DNA of 64,000 nt from Phormidium sp. (GTDB lineage Bacteria > Cyanobacteriota > Cyanobacteriia > Cyanobacteriales > Aerosakkonemataceae): positions 608,001 through 672,000 of the forward strand of contig CP143273.1 in the NCBI GenBank assembly GCA_051013385.1, written 5' to 3'. A program made the position numbers and the translations under genes. Below the pieces are notes generated by a model. It was not told the origin of the DNA. It saw nothing but the letters and a program-made list of their open reading frames with translations, and did no database searches. Shown here one piece after another: positions 43,601-53,363 of the stretch (position 1 is the stretch's first letter; each line of letters begins with the position of its first letter).

Positions 43601-46085
43601 TTCGGTGGGGGTTTTCGAAGCGGGGACAACGTCCCAGCCCAGGGAAAGAAAATGTTTCCAACTAATCCGAATTAACCCTTCGGTGGGGGTGGTGGTGGGG
43701 GTATGATGCCAAATCCATCAGGATGTTTCCAACTAATCCGAATTAACCCTTCGGTGGGGGGAAGGAGGTGACAAGAAACCGGAAGAGCCGAAAAGTTTCC
43801 AACTAATCCGAATTAACCCTTCGGTGGGGGCCAAGAAAAAACTCAAATTAAAAGGACAGAAGTCTCATGGTTTCCAACTAATCCGAATTAACCCTTCGGT
43901 GGGGGAGTTTTTGGAGAAAATTCATGAATAATAAAAATGTTTCCAACTAATCCGAATTAACCCTTCGGTGGGGGTACTATATTTATGTTCAAATTGTAAA
44001 TTTTCGTCTTAGGTTTCCAACTAATCCGAATTAACCCTTCGGTGGGGGCTATGCAAAAAGCAAATTTTGAAGGTTGCAAACCAAAGCAAGTTTCCAACTA
44101 ATCCGAATTAACCCTTCGGTGGGGGGACAAAAAAGCCATGAAAGCTCAAACCCTAATCGTTTCCAACTAATCCGAATTAACCCTTCGGTGGGGGTGGCTA
44201 CAATTAACTTAACCAAAGGCGGCAATAAAATTGTTTCCAACTAATCCGAATTAACCCTTCGGTGGGGGTTAACCCCGGAAACGCACAAAACCAGTCCGGT
44301 ATGACTTGTTTCCAACTAATCCGAATTAACCCTTCGGTGGGGGAAGATTATATTGGAAACGGACGACCCAGGTTCATTCTGTTTCCAACTAATCCGAATT
44401 AACCCTTCGGTGGGGGATTTGACCAATTTGTCCAGCGTCTTCGGGGTTACAATAGTTTCCAACTAATCCGAATTAACCCTTCGGTGGGGGGAACAGCGGG
44501 ATCTAACCCGCGACGAAATCAAGGAGGGAAGTTTCCAACTAATCCGAATTAACCCTTCGGTGGGGGAAGTCGCACAAGAATGCGGTTTGCAAACGGAAAA
44601 ATTTCCAAGTCTTTAATTCTACATTAGAGGACGGAAAGTTTCCAACTAATCCGAATTAACCCTTCGGTGGGGGAAAAGGCGATTTTATAAAGAAAAATGA
44701 GGGTATCTTTGGTTTCCAACTAATCCGAATTAACCCTTCGGTGGGGGTCTTTGATGGGGATACTGATTGAAAAAACAAAACAGGTTTCCAACTAATCCGA
44801 ATTAACCCTTCGGTGGGGGACTACCTACTGAAACTGATGTCGAAGAACTGAAAAAAGCAGGTTTCCAACTAATCCGAATTAACCCTTCGGTGGGGGCTCC
44901 CGATGGTGTTAACGTCAATGGTACTTATGGTGTTTCCAACTAATCCGAATTAACCCTTCGGTGGGGGTCAAAAAAAACGATGGGATTTTTAGTCCTGACG
45001 TTGAGGGTTTCCAACTAATCCGAATTAACCCTTCGGTGGGGGAGGAAAGCGTTGCCTGCAATTGGACAATTACAGACTTTTGTTTCCAACTAATCCGAAT
45101 TAACCCTTCGGTGGGGGTTTATTTAACTATTAGATGAGGGTTTTTTAAAAACTTGTTTCCAACTAATCCGAATTAACCCTTCGGTGGGGGAATTTCAGTG
45201 ATGGCGTTAGGGATGGTTTTATTGGGTTTCCAACTAATCCGAATTAACCCTTCGGTGGGGGCTGCAATTGCAATTTCTGCTTCTTTACCTAACATAAAGA
45301 GTTTCCAACTAATCCGAATTAACCCTTCGGTGGGGGCCGGGTACAAATCCGGTTCAACAGCGGAAAAGTTATTTTTCGTTTCCAACTAATCCGAATTAAC
45401 CCTTCGGTGGGGGACACTTGACCGCCAAATTGTTGACGGAACAGGAATAATGGTTTCCAACTAATCCGAATTAACCCTTCGGTGGGGGAAAATTTCGGCT
45501 TGGTTGGTTTTGCTGCTCTTTCTGTTGTTGTTTCCAACTAATCCGAATTAACCCTTCGGTGGGGGGTGGTAACTTTGAGTCTACTGATGTAATTAGAACA
45601 TTAAAAGTTTCCAACTAATCCGAATTAACCCTTCGGTGGGGGACAGCGGCAACAGCGGCAACAAACTCAGCCGCAAAGTTTCCAACTAATCCGAATTAAC
45701 CCTTCGGTGGGGGAAAATTTTTGGGGGGTGATTACATTTATACTTGCAGCTGGTTTCCAACTAATCCGAATTAACCCTTCGGTGGGGGGTTTCTATTTAC
45801 TTTACAATACTCATTGGAAGAAGTGTTTCCAACTAATCCGAATTAACCCTTCGGTGGGGGTCGCGTAAGCCCACGCGTTCGCGAAGGGGCGGGGACAGTT
45901 AAGTTTCCAACTAATCCGAATTAACCCTTCGGTGGGGGTGTCGCTCGACTTTTTCATTTTTGGAATCTTCACCACACAAAGTTTCCAACTAATCCGAATT
46001 AACCCTTCGGTGGGGGTTTTTATAACTTTATTAGCTTTAGTTTTTTATCGTTTCCAACTAATCCGAATTAACCCTTCGGTGGGGG
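37660..46085 (-). CRISPR. CRISPR array 2, repeat CCCCCACCGAAGGGTTAATTCGGATTAGTTGGAAAC (36 nt, minus strand), about 115 repeats
   Basis: Plus-strand GTTTCCAACTAATCCGAATTAACCCTTCGGTGGGGG repeated with unique spacers; leader on the right next to cas2; count estimated from span. Confidence 0.99.
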
Positions 46086-46505
46086 AGTTCGCCGTAGAGC
46101 CTTTACCCAGAGAGGGTTTCAAGCATCAAATCGACGCACCTGTTAGAAAGATTGTAGATCGACATCAAACGAGGGGTCAACAACATGGCTCAAATCCAGT
46201 CATGGCAAGGCATCGACGCAGGTTAACCATTTTGGGTGGGTTTTGGGAATTGTGGGAGGTGTGTCGATCGCTTATCTTCAACTCCCAAAATTTACCAAAA
46301 GCTAGATATAACAATGGTTTGAGCGATTTCAATATCTTAGGAAGTCAGTGTTTTAGACCTACCTGCACACCTCCACTCAAACAGCGAGGATGGGGGGTAA
46401 ATAGGTGCGTCGATCGCAGTAGCTAAACTCGATTAACTCTGACAAATCCATACGATAGAAGGCTTTGGGCTATTTTAGAGCAGATGAAGTAGAAGCATTG
46501 AGCAA
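46086..46505 (-). promoter_or_regulatory. CRISPR leader of array 2
   Basis: Between cas2 and the first repeat; highly similar to the array 1 leader. Confidence 0.85.
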
Positions 46506-46531
46506 TCGACACACCATCGCCCACGACTCTA

Positions 46532-46804
46532 CTAAATCACGTAATAGTTCGGCGGCGCTTCCGGTTTTTCGCTACCAATAGTTAAAACCACTGAAGTTGC
46601 TTCTTGCGGTATCCAGTAAAAACGGACATTATCCTCTTTTGGATTAACTTGCCGCTTCACCTTCGCATACAACACTCGCATCTCATCCAAACTAATAAAA
46701 CATTCAAACACAGACAATTGAATTCTTTGCCCGTAGCCCTCCAAAAAGTTAGATAGCTTGACGCGCCTTTTATCATCAGGAATATCATAAACCACAACAA
46801 CCAT
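46532..46804 (-). CDS. cas2: Cas2
   Basis: VVVYDIPDDKRR...YGQRIQLSVFEC...DNVRFY. Confidence 0.96.
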   Translation of the reverse strand: MVVVVYDIPDDKRRVKLSNFLEGYGQRIQLSVFECFISLDEMRVLYAKVKRQVNPKEDNVRFYWIPQEATSVVLTIGSEKPEAPPNYYVI

Positions 46805-46810
46805 TGGTAA

Positions 46811-47815
46811 TTAAGCTGTTCGCAAAAAAGGTTCGTAAGCTACACTGTGTAAAAGAGCGCGTTTGTAACGTCGAACTTGTAATTGAATTGCTTCTCGATA
46901 GGTAACTTGCGATTGTAAATCTGGATGGGAAACTTGTTCGTTCATCCGTCTTTCAAATTGGTCAAGGAAAACTTTTCTCGCTTCCCCCCTTAAATAAGTT
47001 CCTCCGGTAGTAGCTACAGTTTCAAAATCCGTTGGTTTGAACATCCCTGTATTGATTATTTTCAACACAAAGCTATCTACAATTGGCGATCGGAATTCTT
47101 CCATTAAATCGAAAGCCAGATAAGGTTTCTGCTCGTCGCCATAGTGAAAATTAGCAAAATATGGTGATAATCCTTCAGCAATAATTAAGGTTAATACATT
47201 GTTGAATAACAAAGTATAACCAAAGCTGAGTAAGGAATTAACTGGATCGGTGGGTGGCTGACGATAACGTAACGAAAAACTAAAAGAAGGATTAGTAATT
47301 AAGTTACCAAATGCCGGAAAATATCGGGCTGCACCAATACCTTCGTAACCACGTAAACTATCGAGATTATCTACCAGATCGAGAGCATTGATATCTGAGT
47401 TAATGCCTGCGATCGCCGTCGCAACTTCTGCCACTTTTCGCTTGCGATTCAATCTCAGTAATAGCTGTTTAGAATTCATTAACTTACCATAGACAATAGC
47501 GCGAGAAACCTGCAATTGGAACCGAAAATCTTGACGTTTCTCAATTTGGATTAATTCATTAGCTAAATGATTAGATTCAGCACTCCAAAGATGTCCCTTA
47601 TACTGACCTGACAAACTAGAAAACAAGACGATAATTTGTTCTTGTAAGCAAGTATTAATCGCTTGGGTACTAATTTGCACATTCCCAAAAACCAGTATAC
47701 GTTTAACATCCCGAATAGGTATTTCTCTGGTTTCAGCTTCGGGAACCCAAACCACAAAGCGGTAATTCTCCTTGTACAAGTTTGTTCCTTGTTCAACTAA
47801 ATAAAGAGTTCCCAT
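46811..47815 (-). CDS. cas1: Cas1
   Basis: LRGYEGIGAARYF, PPTDPVNSLLSFGYTLL and DLMEEFRSPIVD. Confidence 0.96.
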   Translation of the reverse strand: MGTLYLVEQGTNLYKENYRFVVWVPEAETREIPIRDVKRILVFGNVQISTQAINTCLQEQIIVLFSSLSGQYKGHLWSAESNHLANELIQIEKRQDFRFQLQVSRAIVYGKLMNSKQLLLRLNRKRKVAEVATAIAGINSDINALDLVDNLDSLRGYEGIGAARYFPAFGNLITNPSFSFSLRYRQPPTDPVNSLLSFGYTLLFNNVLTLIIAEGLSPYFANFHYGDEQKPYLAFDLMEEFRSPIVDSFVLKIINTGMFKPTDFETVATTGGTYLRGEARKVFLDQFERRMNEQVSHPDLQSQVTYREAIQLQVRRYKRALLHSVAYEPFLRTA

Positions 47816-47892
47816 TTCTTGATTCCAAATATTTTTATTAGTGCTGCTAGTGCTAGTTTCTGATTCAGCAAATTCAACAGTAGAGGGAAAAG

Positions 47893-48945
47893 TTAACGTC
47901 GGTGACGCTGCTTGGATCTGGAGACTTTTTTTTTACTAGCTTTACTTTCACTTTTTGGTGAATCTACTGGAAAGATAGCATTTTCTAGAAACCCATGACC
48001 CAGAAACCGAAAACCATGCTCAAAGTTAGTAATTTGGGTTTTTTGGGAATGCAGTTCTAAACCTAAACTCTGCAAAATTTGCTGGACTTCCCCGTAAGCT
48101 TCCACAACTTTTTCTTGACTAGTAGCTAATACTAAAAAATCATCAGCGTAGCGGACTAATTTCTGTGACGAATTAGCAATAATGCAATCAAATTCATCTA
48201 AGTAGATATTAGCTAGTAATGGCGAAATTACTGCTCCTTGGGGAATTCCTCTGGCAGCTTTGACAATTCCTCTTTCGGTTAATACACCAACAGAAATCCA
48301 AGCTTTAATTAAACATAATATACCAGGGTGGTCTAGATGTTTTCTGACTTCTTGCAATAGTCGTTGGTGGTTGATGCGATCGAAAAATTCTGCAATATCG
48401 CCATCTAATACCCAGCGATAACCTAAATCTCGCCACCGAGCTACTTCTTCTACTGCATTCAAGTAAGATAAATTAGTACGATAGGCAAAGCTTGCACTTT
48501 GAAACCTTTTTTCCATTAATGGGGCCAGAACATTCAATAGTGCTTGCTGGACAATTCTATCTCGCACTGCGGGAATTTTTAACTCTCGCCAACTGCCCTT
48601 TTTTTTGGGAATTAAAACTTGTTTATAAGGCAAGGGTTGATAGGTGCTGTTCGCCACCGTATTTCTCAATTCTAAGATATTAGTATTTAGATTCAGGCTA
48701 AAATCATCGATCGTTTGGGCATCAATACCGGGAGAACCTTTGTTTTCCGCAACTTTCACCCAAGCACGTTGAAAGTTAGGTAAACTGAGAAATTCCTCAG
48801 TAAATTGGCTAAATAAGTCTCGGTTTGTACTGAAATTCAGTGAACCCACTTCTAACATAATCCCATTCCTCGACAAAACTGATAATCGATCGAGATTATG
48901 GCAACTAGAAGGAAACGGGGTTTTCCTAATGTTAAGTTTTGGCAT
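47893..48945 (-). CDS. CRISPR-associated reverse transcriptase (group II intron-like); likely start 48858
   Basis: NKGSPGID, IPAVRDRIVQQA, GIPQGAVISPLLANIYL, RYADDF and FRFLG; no maturase or HNH domain. Confidence 0.93.
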   Translation of the reverse strand: MPKLNIRKTPFPSSCHNLDRLSVLSRNGIMLEVGSLNFSTNRDLFSQFTEEFLSLPNFQRAWVKVAENKGSPGIDAQTIDDFSLNLNTNILELRNTVANSTYQPLPYKQVLIPKKKGSWRELKIPAVRDRIVQQALLNVLAPLMEKRFQSASFAYRTNLSYLNAVEEVARWRDLGYRWVLDGDIAEFFDRINHQRLLQEVRKHLDHPGILCLIKAWISVGVLTERGIVKAARGIPQGAVISPLLANIYLDEFDCIIANSSQKLVRYADDFLVLATSQEKVVEAYGEVQQILQSLGLELHSQKTQITNFEHGFRFLGHGFLENAIFPVDSPKSESKASKKKVSRSKQRHRR

Positions 48946-48966
48946 TCACTTCGGCGATACGCCTGA

Positions 48967-49377
48967 CGGCACGCTACGCGATCGCTACAACAACAATACC
49001 AACGTCTGCTTGATGCTCACAAACTTTTAGAAAAAGGTTGGGGATTATTTCTGGGAAAAACAGAGGAGCAACGTCTGGAGTTAGAGGGCAAGATTAATTT
49101 AATTAAAGTTAAAGTTCGCTTCTTTCCAACAGTCATCGATTTCATATTGGAAGGAGAAAAACGGCATCCTACGCAACGGCTACGCAAGGGGCCAATAGAT
49201 AGCCTTACCGGAAAGTTTGCTTATGTGGATTACATTGTTGAGTTGCCACCTCGTTCATTGGGAGAATTTAGCTGGTGGGTTTGTCGCCAGATGGAAAACG
49301 CTGAAGTTCTGGAACCAGATTTTCTTAGACAACAACATTATCAAGCTGCTTTGGCACTGGTGGCGCGTTACCAGTGA
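48967..49377 (+). pseudogene. C-terminal fragment of a cyanobacterial WYL/WCX regulator
   Basis: Open frame from 48967 without a start codon before 49147: KGWGLFLG...VKVRFFPTVIDFILEGEKRHP...LPPRSLGEF...AEVLEP; begins at a HIP1-containing repeat. Confidence 0.65.
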
Positions 49378-49532
49378 GCTTCGGGCTATAGCCACTCAGC
49401 GATCGCCCTTACAGCACACAAACCATCTTTTCATGCCTATATTTACATAAAGTTACAAAACATACAGTTTTGTTGAGAGTTTTCGGAGTTAATAAATGTA
49501 GCCCCTCCTTTCCTCTGACCCGGAACTAACTT

Positions 49533-49763
49533 ATGTTTGACTTAACTGCTGCCGACTACTCCCTCTTATCGTGGATTCAACAGTCTGGAGTAGCCGCACA
49601 AGCCCTGTCCATCTGCTTTCATCCGGGCTGTTTAATGGTGCAGTGTCAAACTATAGAGGATGCAACGAAACTGTGGGAACTGCGCTCCATCCTCCAACTT
49701 GGAAGCATCGAGTTGTGCTTTCGAGTCAATGGCGTTTTTTATATGGCTACCGCCATTAGATAA
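49533..49763 (+). CDS. Hypothetical protein
   Basis: 76-aa ATG ORF only. Confidence 0.45.
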   Translation: MFDLTAADYSLLSWIQQSGVAAQALSICFHPGCLMVQCQTIEDATKLWELRSILQLGSIELCFRVNGVFYMATAIR

Positions 49764-49888
49764 TTGCAAATTAATCAAAACCTAACCCTAGATGAGCTTT
49801 TGGCTTTGTCACATTATTTCGGATCGATCGCGAACAGTCACGCAAAGCGCGAAGCTTTATAGACAAAGCCTAAGTTCAACAATTATGA

Positions 49889-50389
49889 CTATTGTAGGTT
49901 CTCTACTTGAGTTTTAATCGTTTGCCAAGCTGATAATACTCCATCAATCCATCCTTGTGCAAAGGAAATCCGGCTCATGGGATCTACTTCCAGCAAGTAG
50001 GCAAAATCCGCATCCAGATGACGTGCTTGTTCTGGATAATCTTTTTGATTCAGGTAATTCCACAGGTAGTCCAGCACATCTTCATCCAAAGCAGTTGCGA
50101 GAGACTGAACTCGTTCAAAATGACGGAAATCTTTGTAGGACAACTTAGCACTGGAACGAATTCCTAATTCAAAACCTTCTTGACGAACCTTGTTGAGGAG
50201 TACTTTCTTTTCTGACTGAAGGCGTTGGACTAAATTTTCGTCTTCGGCAACTTGGACTTTGAGTTCTTCGATTGTGATAGCCATCTCTAATGCCTCCTGG
50301 CAAACGGCAGAAATATTGAAGTGTTGCTTGACGGGTTGAAGTCGGGTAAACAGTGATTCCGGTACTGCGATAGTAACTCTTTGACTCAC
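49889..50389 (-). CDS. Putative ribbon-helix-helix (CopG/CcdA-like) regulator
   Basis: RVTIAVPESLF...NISAVCQEALE N-terminus; GAGGA RBS. Confidence 0.6.
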   Translation of the reverse strand: MSQRVTIAVPESLFTRLQPVKQHFNISAVCQEALEMAITIEELKVQVAEDENLVQRLQSEKKVLLNKVRQEGFELGIRSSAKLSYKDFRHFERVQSLATALDEDVLDYLWNYLNQKDYPEQARHLDADFAYLLEVDPMSRISFAQGWIDGVLSAWQTIKTQVENLQ

Positions 50390-50665
50390 AATTTCCTCTC
50401 CCGTGCTGTCTACTCTTATACAATAACTCGATTAATTGCATAATTACTCACCTTGAGACAATTCGTTACATAATATACAGAATGAACAAAAAAAGTATGC
50501 AACCGAGGGACACAACTATCGGGGAGTCTCGCTGACATCCTTTGCTAACAGGCTTTTCCGGCTTTCCGGCTTTTAGGCACGTTCAATTACCTGGAAGAAC
50601 TACAAAGTCATGGACTTGGACAGCAGGTATCACGGCTTTACTAGAGCGATCGCATCTGGAGGAAA

Positions 50666-51007
50666 TTAGCTTCTGCTTTTCAATTCTGATGTTGTTGCGT
50701 CAGACTCAAACAGTTCCACTAAACCAACGGTGCCGACAAAAAATGTATAAATGGCATATTGAATCGGCTTATGTTGTTTGGCAGGTGCATAAATAGCCGC
50801 AACGACTGCCTCGATTAAATGAACTCCAATCGCTAAATGTCCTAACCCAAGAATTAACATCAAGCTACTGGGGAACTGACCGTGAGAGAGTCTGGCTTCA
50901 AGATTCCATAATTCCAGTGCGATCGCAGCGACCATCACAACTGGAGATATTACTTTGAGCAAGCTGACAAGTTTTTTCTTACCCTCGTTTAAAGTCAGGC
51001 GATTCAT
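50666..51007 (-). CDS. Small membrane protein
   Basis: Three hydrophobic segments, HLIEA...YTFFVGTVGL; start uncertain. Confidence 0.6.
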   Translation of the reverse strand: MNRLTLNEGKKKLVSLLKVISPVVMVAAIALELWNLEARLSHGQFPSSLMLILGLGHLAIGVHLIEAVVAAIYAPAKQHKPIQYAIYTFFVGTVGLVELFESDATTSELKSRS

Positions 51008-51367
51008 TCCAACATTTCCGGTAACAACTCTTCTATCATGAACCTGGCGATCTTGCCTATAAACTATCAACAGTTTACAAGATTATGTTTACTTTAGCGT
51101 TATCAAAGTTTGGCAAATGCCAAAATATTCATGCAACTGCCGAATAATCTTTTTTAACAGGTAATGATAGGAAAAGTAAAGACAGCGATATGCAACAGAG
51201 CACGCTGCGCGATCGCATTCAGGAATTTTGGGCATCTTACAAGCTGAGATGATGTAACGCCACTTGTATTTTGACAATGATAAAGATGCCGCAGTGAAAG
51301 TAGTAGATTAAATTGATGCGATCGCTCTGGTGCCATTCGAGTACAACAAATTGTGATGTGCTGTGCC

Positions 51368-51779
51368 TTAATTTTCCTCACTTAGCGCAAATTTAGCAAA
51401 TACTTCTGCTTCTGTCAGATTTAGAGTTTGATTAGCAAATTCATAGTAACTAGGTTTCCGATCGATAAAGATTTGCTCCTTAAACTCAAACTCAATTTCA
51501 TTCTGAAACAGACCTGCTGGGACAAAATATTCACTCGTCGGCAACAACTTGTAGAAAATATGCGTGCCGCATTCACCACAAAAAGCTCTTTGCGCCCATT
51601 CTGAGGACTGATACACTTTTAGTTTTTCAACACCGTCTATTTGTACATCCGAACCACAAGCTATACAATCATGCCGGTCTGCCGCCCCATCGCCGACACA
51701 TCCCGCAATGACAGGCATCGATGCTCTTTTTATCTGGGGTTCGGACGGTGATTGCACCGCAAAGACACTTACCATCCAT
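51368..51779 (-). pseudogene. GFA/CENP-V family gene with a frameshift
   Basis: ATG 51779 gives MDGKCLCGAI...ACHCGMCRRWGG then a stop; the C-terminal SSEWAQRAFCGECGTHIF lies in another frame (shift near 51670). Confidence 0.8.
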
Positions 51780-51872
51780 TTCTCATCTCCTCACTATCAA
51801 GCGATCGTTAGTCTGATTATAAAACTCATTTCTGTTACCAGCTTTTCATCATTAAAAACAAATTAGTAGAGC

Positions 51873-52038
51873 GATAATCATAACAACTGGAAAGAGAAAA
51901 ATCTGATGGTTGTCCACGAAAGCTGCCACGACTACATCCATAAGAGCAAATAAGGTTGTCGGGAGCCGTGTGCGGTGAAAGTCGCACGCACGGTTCTAAG
52001 TGAGAGGGGCGAGGGGTAATGCCCTCCCTCGACTCAAC
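51873..52038 (+). mobile_element. Group II intron 3' remnant (end of HNH domain, domains V and VI)
   Basis: Peptide DNHNNWKEKNLMVVHESCHDYIHKSK*; DV GAGCCGTGTGCGGTGAAAGTCGCACGCACGGTTC at 51963-51996; DVI hairpin ending in CTCAAC. Confidence 0.88.
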
Positions 52039-52176
52039 CAGATAAAGCGATCGCCTGAAGGTATTTAGGCATAAACAAAACTGACTTCTGTTCTGTTGTT
52101 AAATTGTCATAATATTTGAGTTCAATAAATTCTAATTCTGAGTCATGAAGGCGAACTAATTTAACCTCCCGAAAAT

Positions 52177-52656
52177 TCAATATGGTTGACCATCTTTATG
52201 AGTAAATTGCCATTTCCCATCTACCAGCATCGCTTCTAGATCGTCATCAGGATAAGTGACTACATCACCGGGGGTGCGATCGCCAATTTCTAGGTAAACA
52301 ACTTCCTCATTGGTATTGTTGACTAAGTGATGGGCATTACCAGAACCAGCCCGAAAACCTGCACACATACCTGGGACTAGCTGCTGTGAGCCTTCATTTG
52401 TAATTAATGTGGGACAACCTTGCAAAACATAGATAAACTCATCTTGGGTAGTATGGGCATGGCGAAGAGCAGATGATGCCGATGGCTTTAATCCTGTGAG
52501 GTTAACACCAAAATTCTTTACTCCAAACAAATCACCCAAAATGCGTTTCTCTTTTCCTTCCATTTGGCTAGCAAAAGGTTCTGGGTAAATACTCTTCTTC
52601 GCACGGGGAGCTACTTCGCTGGCTGTAATTGCGATCGGATAGTTGCAGTCTGACAT
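52177..52656 (-). CDS. Cupin-domain protein
   Basis: SALRHAHTTQDEFIYVLQG...GNAHHLVN. Confidence 0.9.
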   Translation of the reverse strand: MSDCNYPIAITASEVAPRAKKSIYPEPFASQMEGKEKRILGDLFGVKNFGVNLTGLKPSASSALRHAHTTQDEFIYVLQGCPTLITNEGSQQLVPGMCAGFRAGSGNAHHLVNNTNEEVVYLEIGDRTPGDVVTYPDDDLEAMLVDGKWQFTHKDGQPY

Positions 52657-52802
52657 ATCATTATTTGTAAAGATAGAGAATTTGTTCAGTATATAACAGA
52701 TTTAGAAGTAGATATTCTCATCAGTTAAAAGATAAAACATAAACTAGCATCGCCACAGCCAAGAGGCATAAACTAAACTTACTTATTTGTTTATGTACCC
52801 GG

Positions 52803-53363
52803 ATGAGAAACATGAATAAAAATTTAGCTGTTATCTTGGGTGAACTGCAAGCACAAATATATTGGTTGCATGATGCTCTTGAGTTTACAGAATTAGCAAC
52901 CGCCGCCGCTAATATCTATACAAAACTTGGCTATAGTCAACAACAGTCAGCAACCGCAGGTCAATTAATCAGTGAAGCATATCAATTAGCTGATGATGCC
53001 GATCGCGCTTATCAAACTGCTGATTACGAGCAAGAAATGCAGTTTTATCATGAAGCTAAAGATAAATTGATTCAAGTAGAACATACGCTCAATTACCAAA
53101 ATAGTATTGCTATACATCAAATGAAATGGTGGCGACACTTTCGACATAAACAGAAATTACAAATTATCATACACTTGTTTTTGCAACATTTAAAGGCTGT
53201 AGGGTTTGTGCATTTATTTACGGCGATTAAACTGACATATTTTCTCATGGAAATAGGCAGAGTTCACAAACAGCGCGATCAAGAAACCACCAAACGCAAT
53301 GCTATAAAATACTGGGAAGAACTACTGAAAACTAAACCTCGACAATACCCTTATCTTGGGTAA
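52803..53363 (+). CDS. Hypothetical protein
   Basis: 186-aa helical ORF. Confidence 0.7.
   Translation: MRNMNKNLAVILGELQAQIYWLHDALEFTELATAAANIYTKLGYSQQQSATAGQLISEAYQLADDADRAYQTADYEQEMQFYHEAKDKLIQVEHTLNYQNSIAIHQMKWWRHFRHKQKLQIIIHLFLQHLKAVGFVHLFTAIKLTYFLMEIGRVHKQRDQETTKRNAIKYWEELLKTKPRQYPYLG

Noticed and set aside
13461..46426. Many short ORFs with LPIGLIRISWK, FQLIRINP or PTEGLIRISWK repeats, and ORFs in the leaders
   Set aside because: They are translations of CRISPR repeats, spacers and leaders, not genes
47893..48945. RT as a group II intron, retron or DGR
   Set aside because: No maturase or HNH domain, no adjacent intron DV, msr/msd or TR/VR pair; it is directly coupled to cas1-cas2
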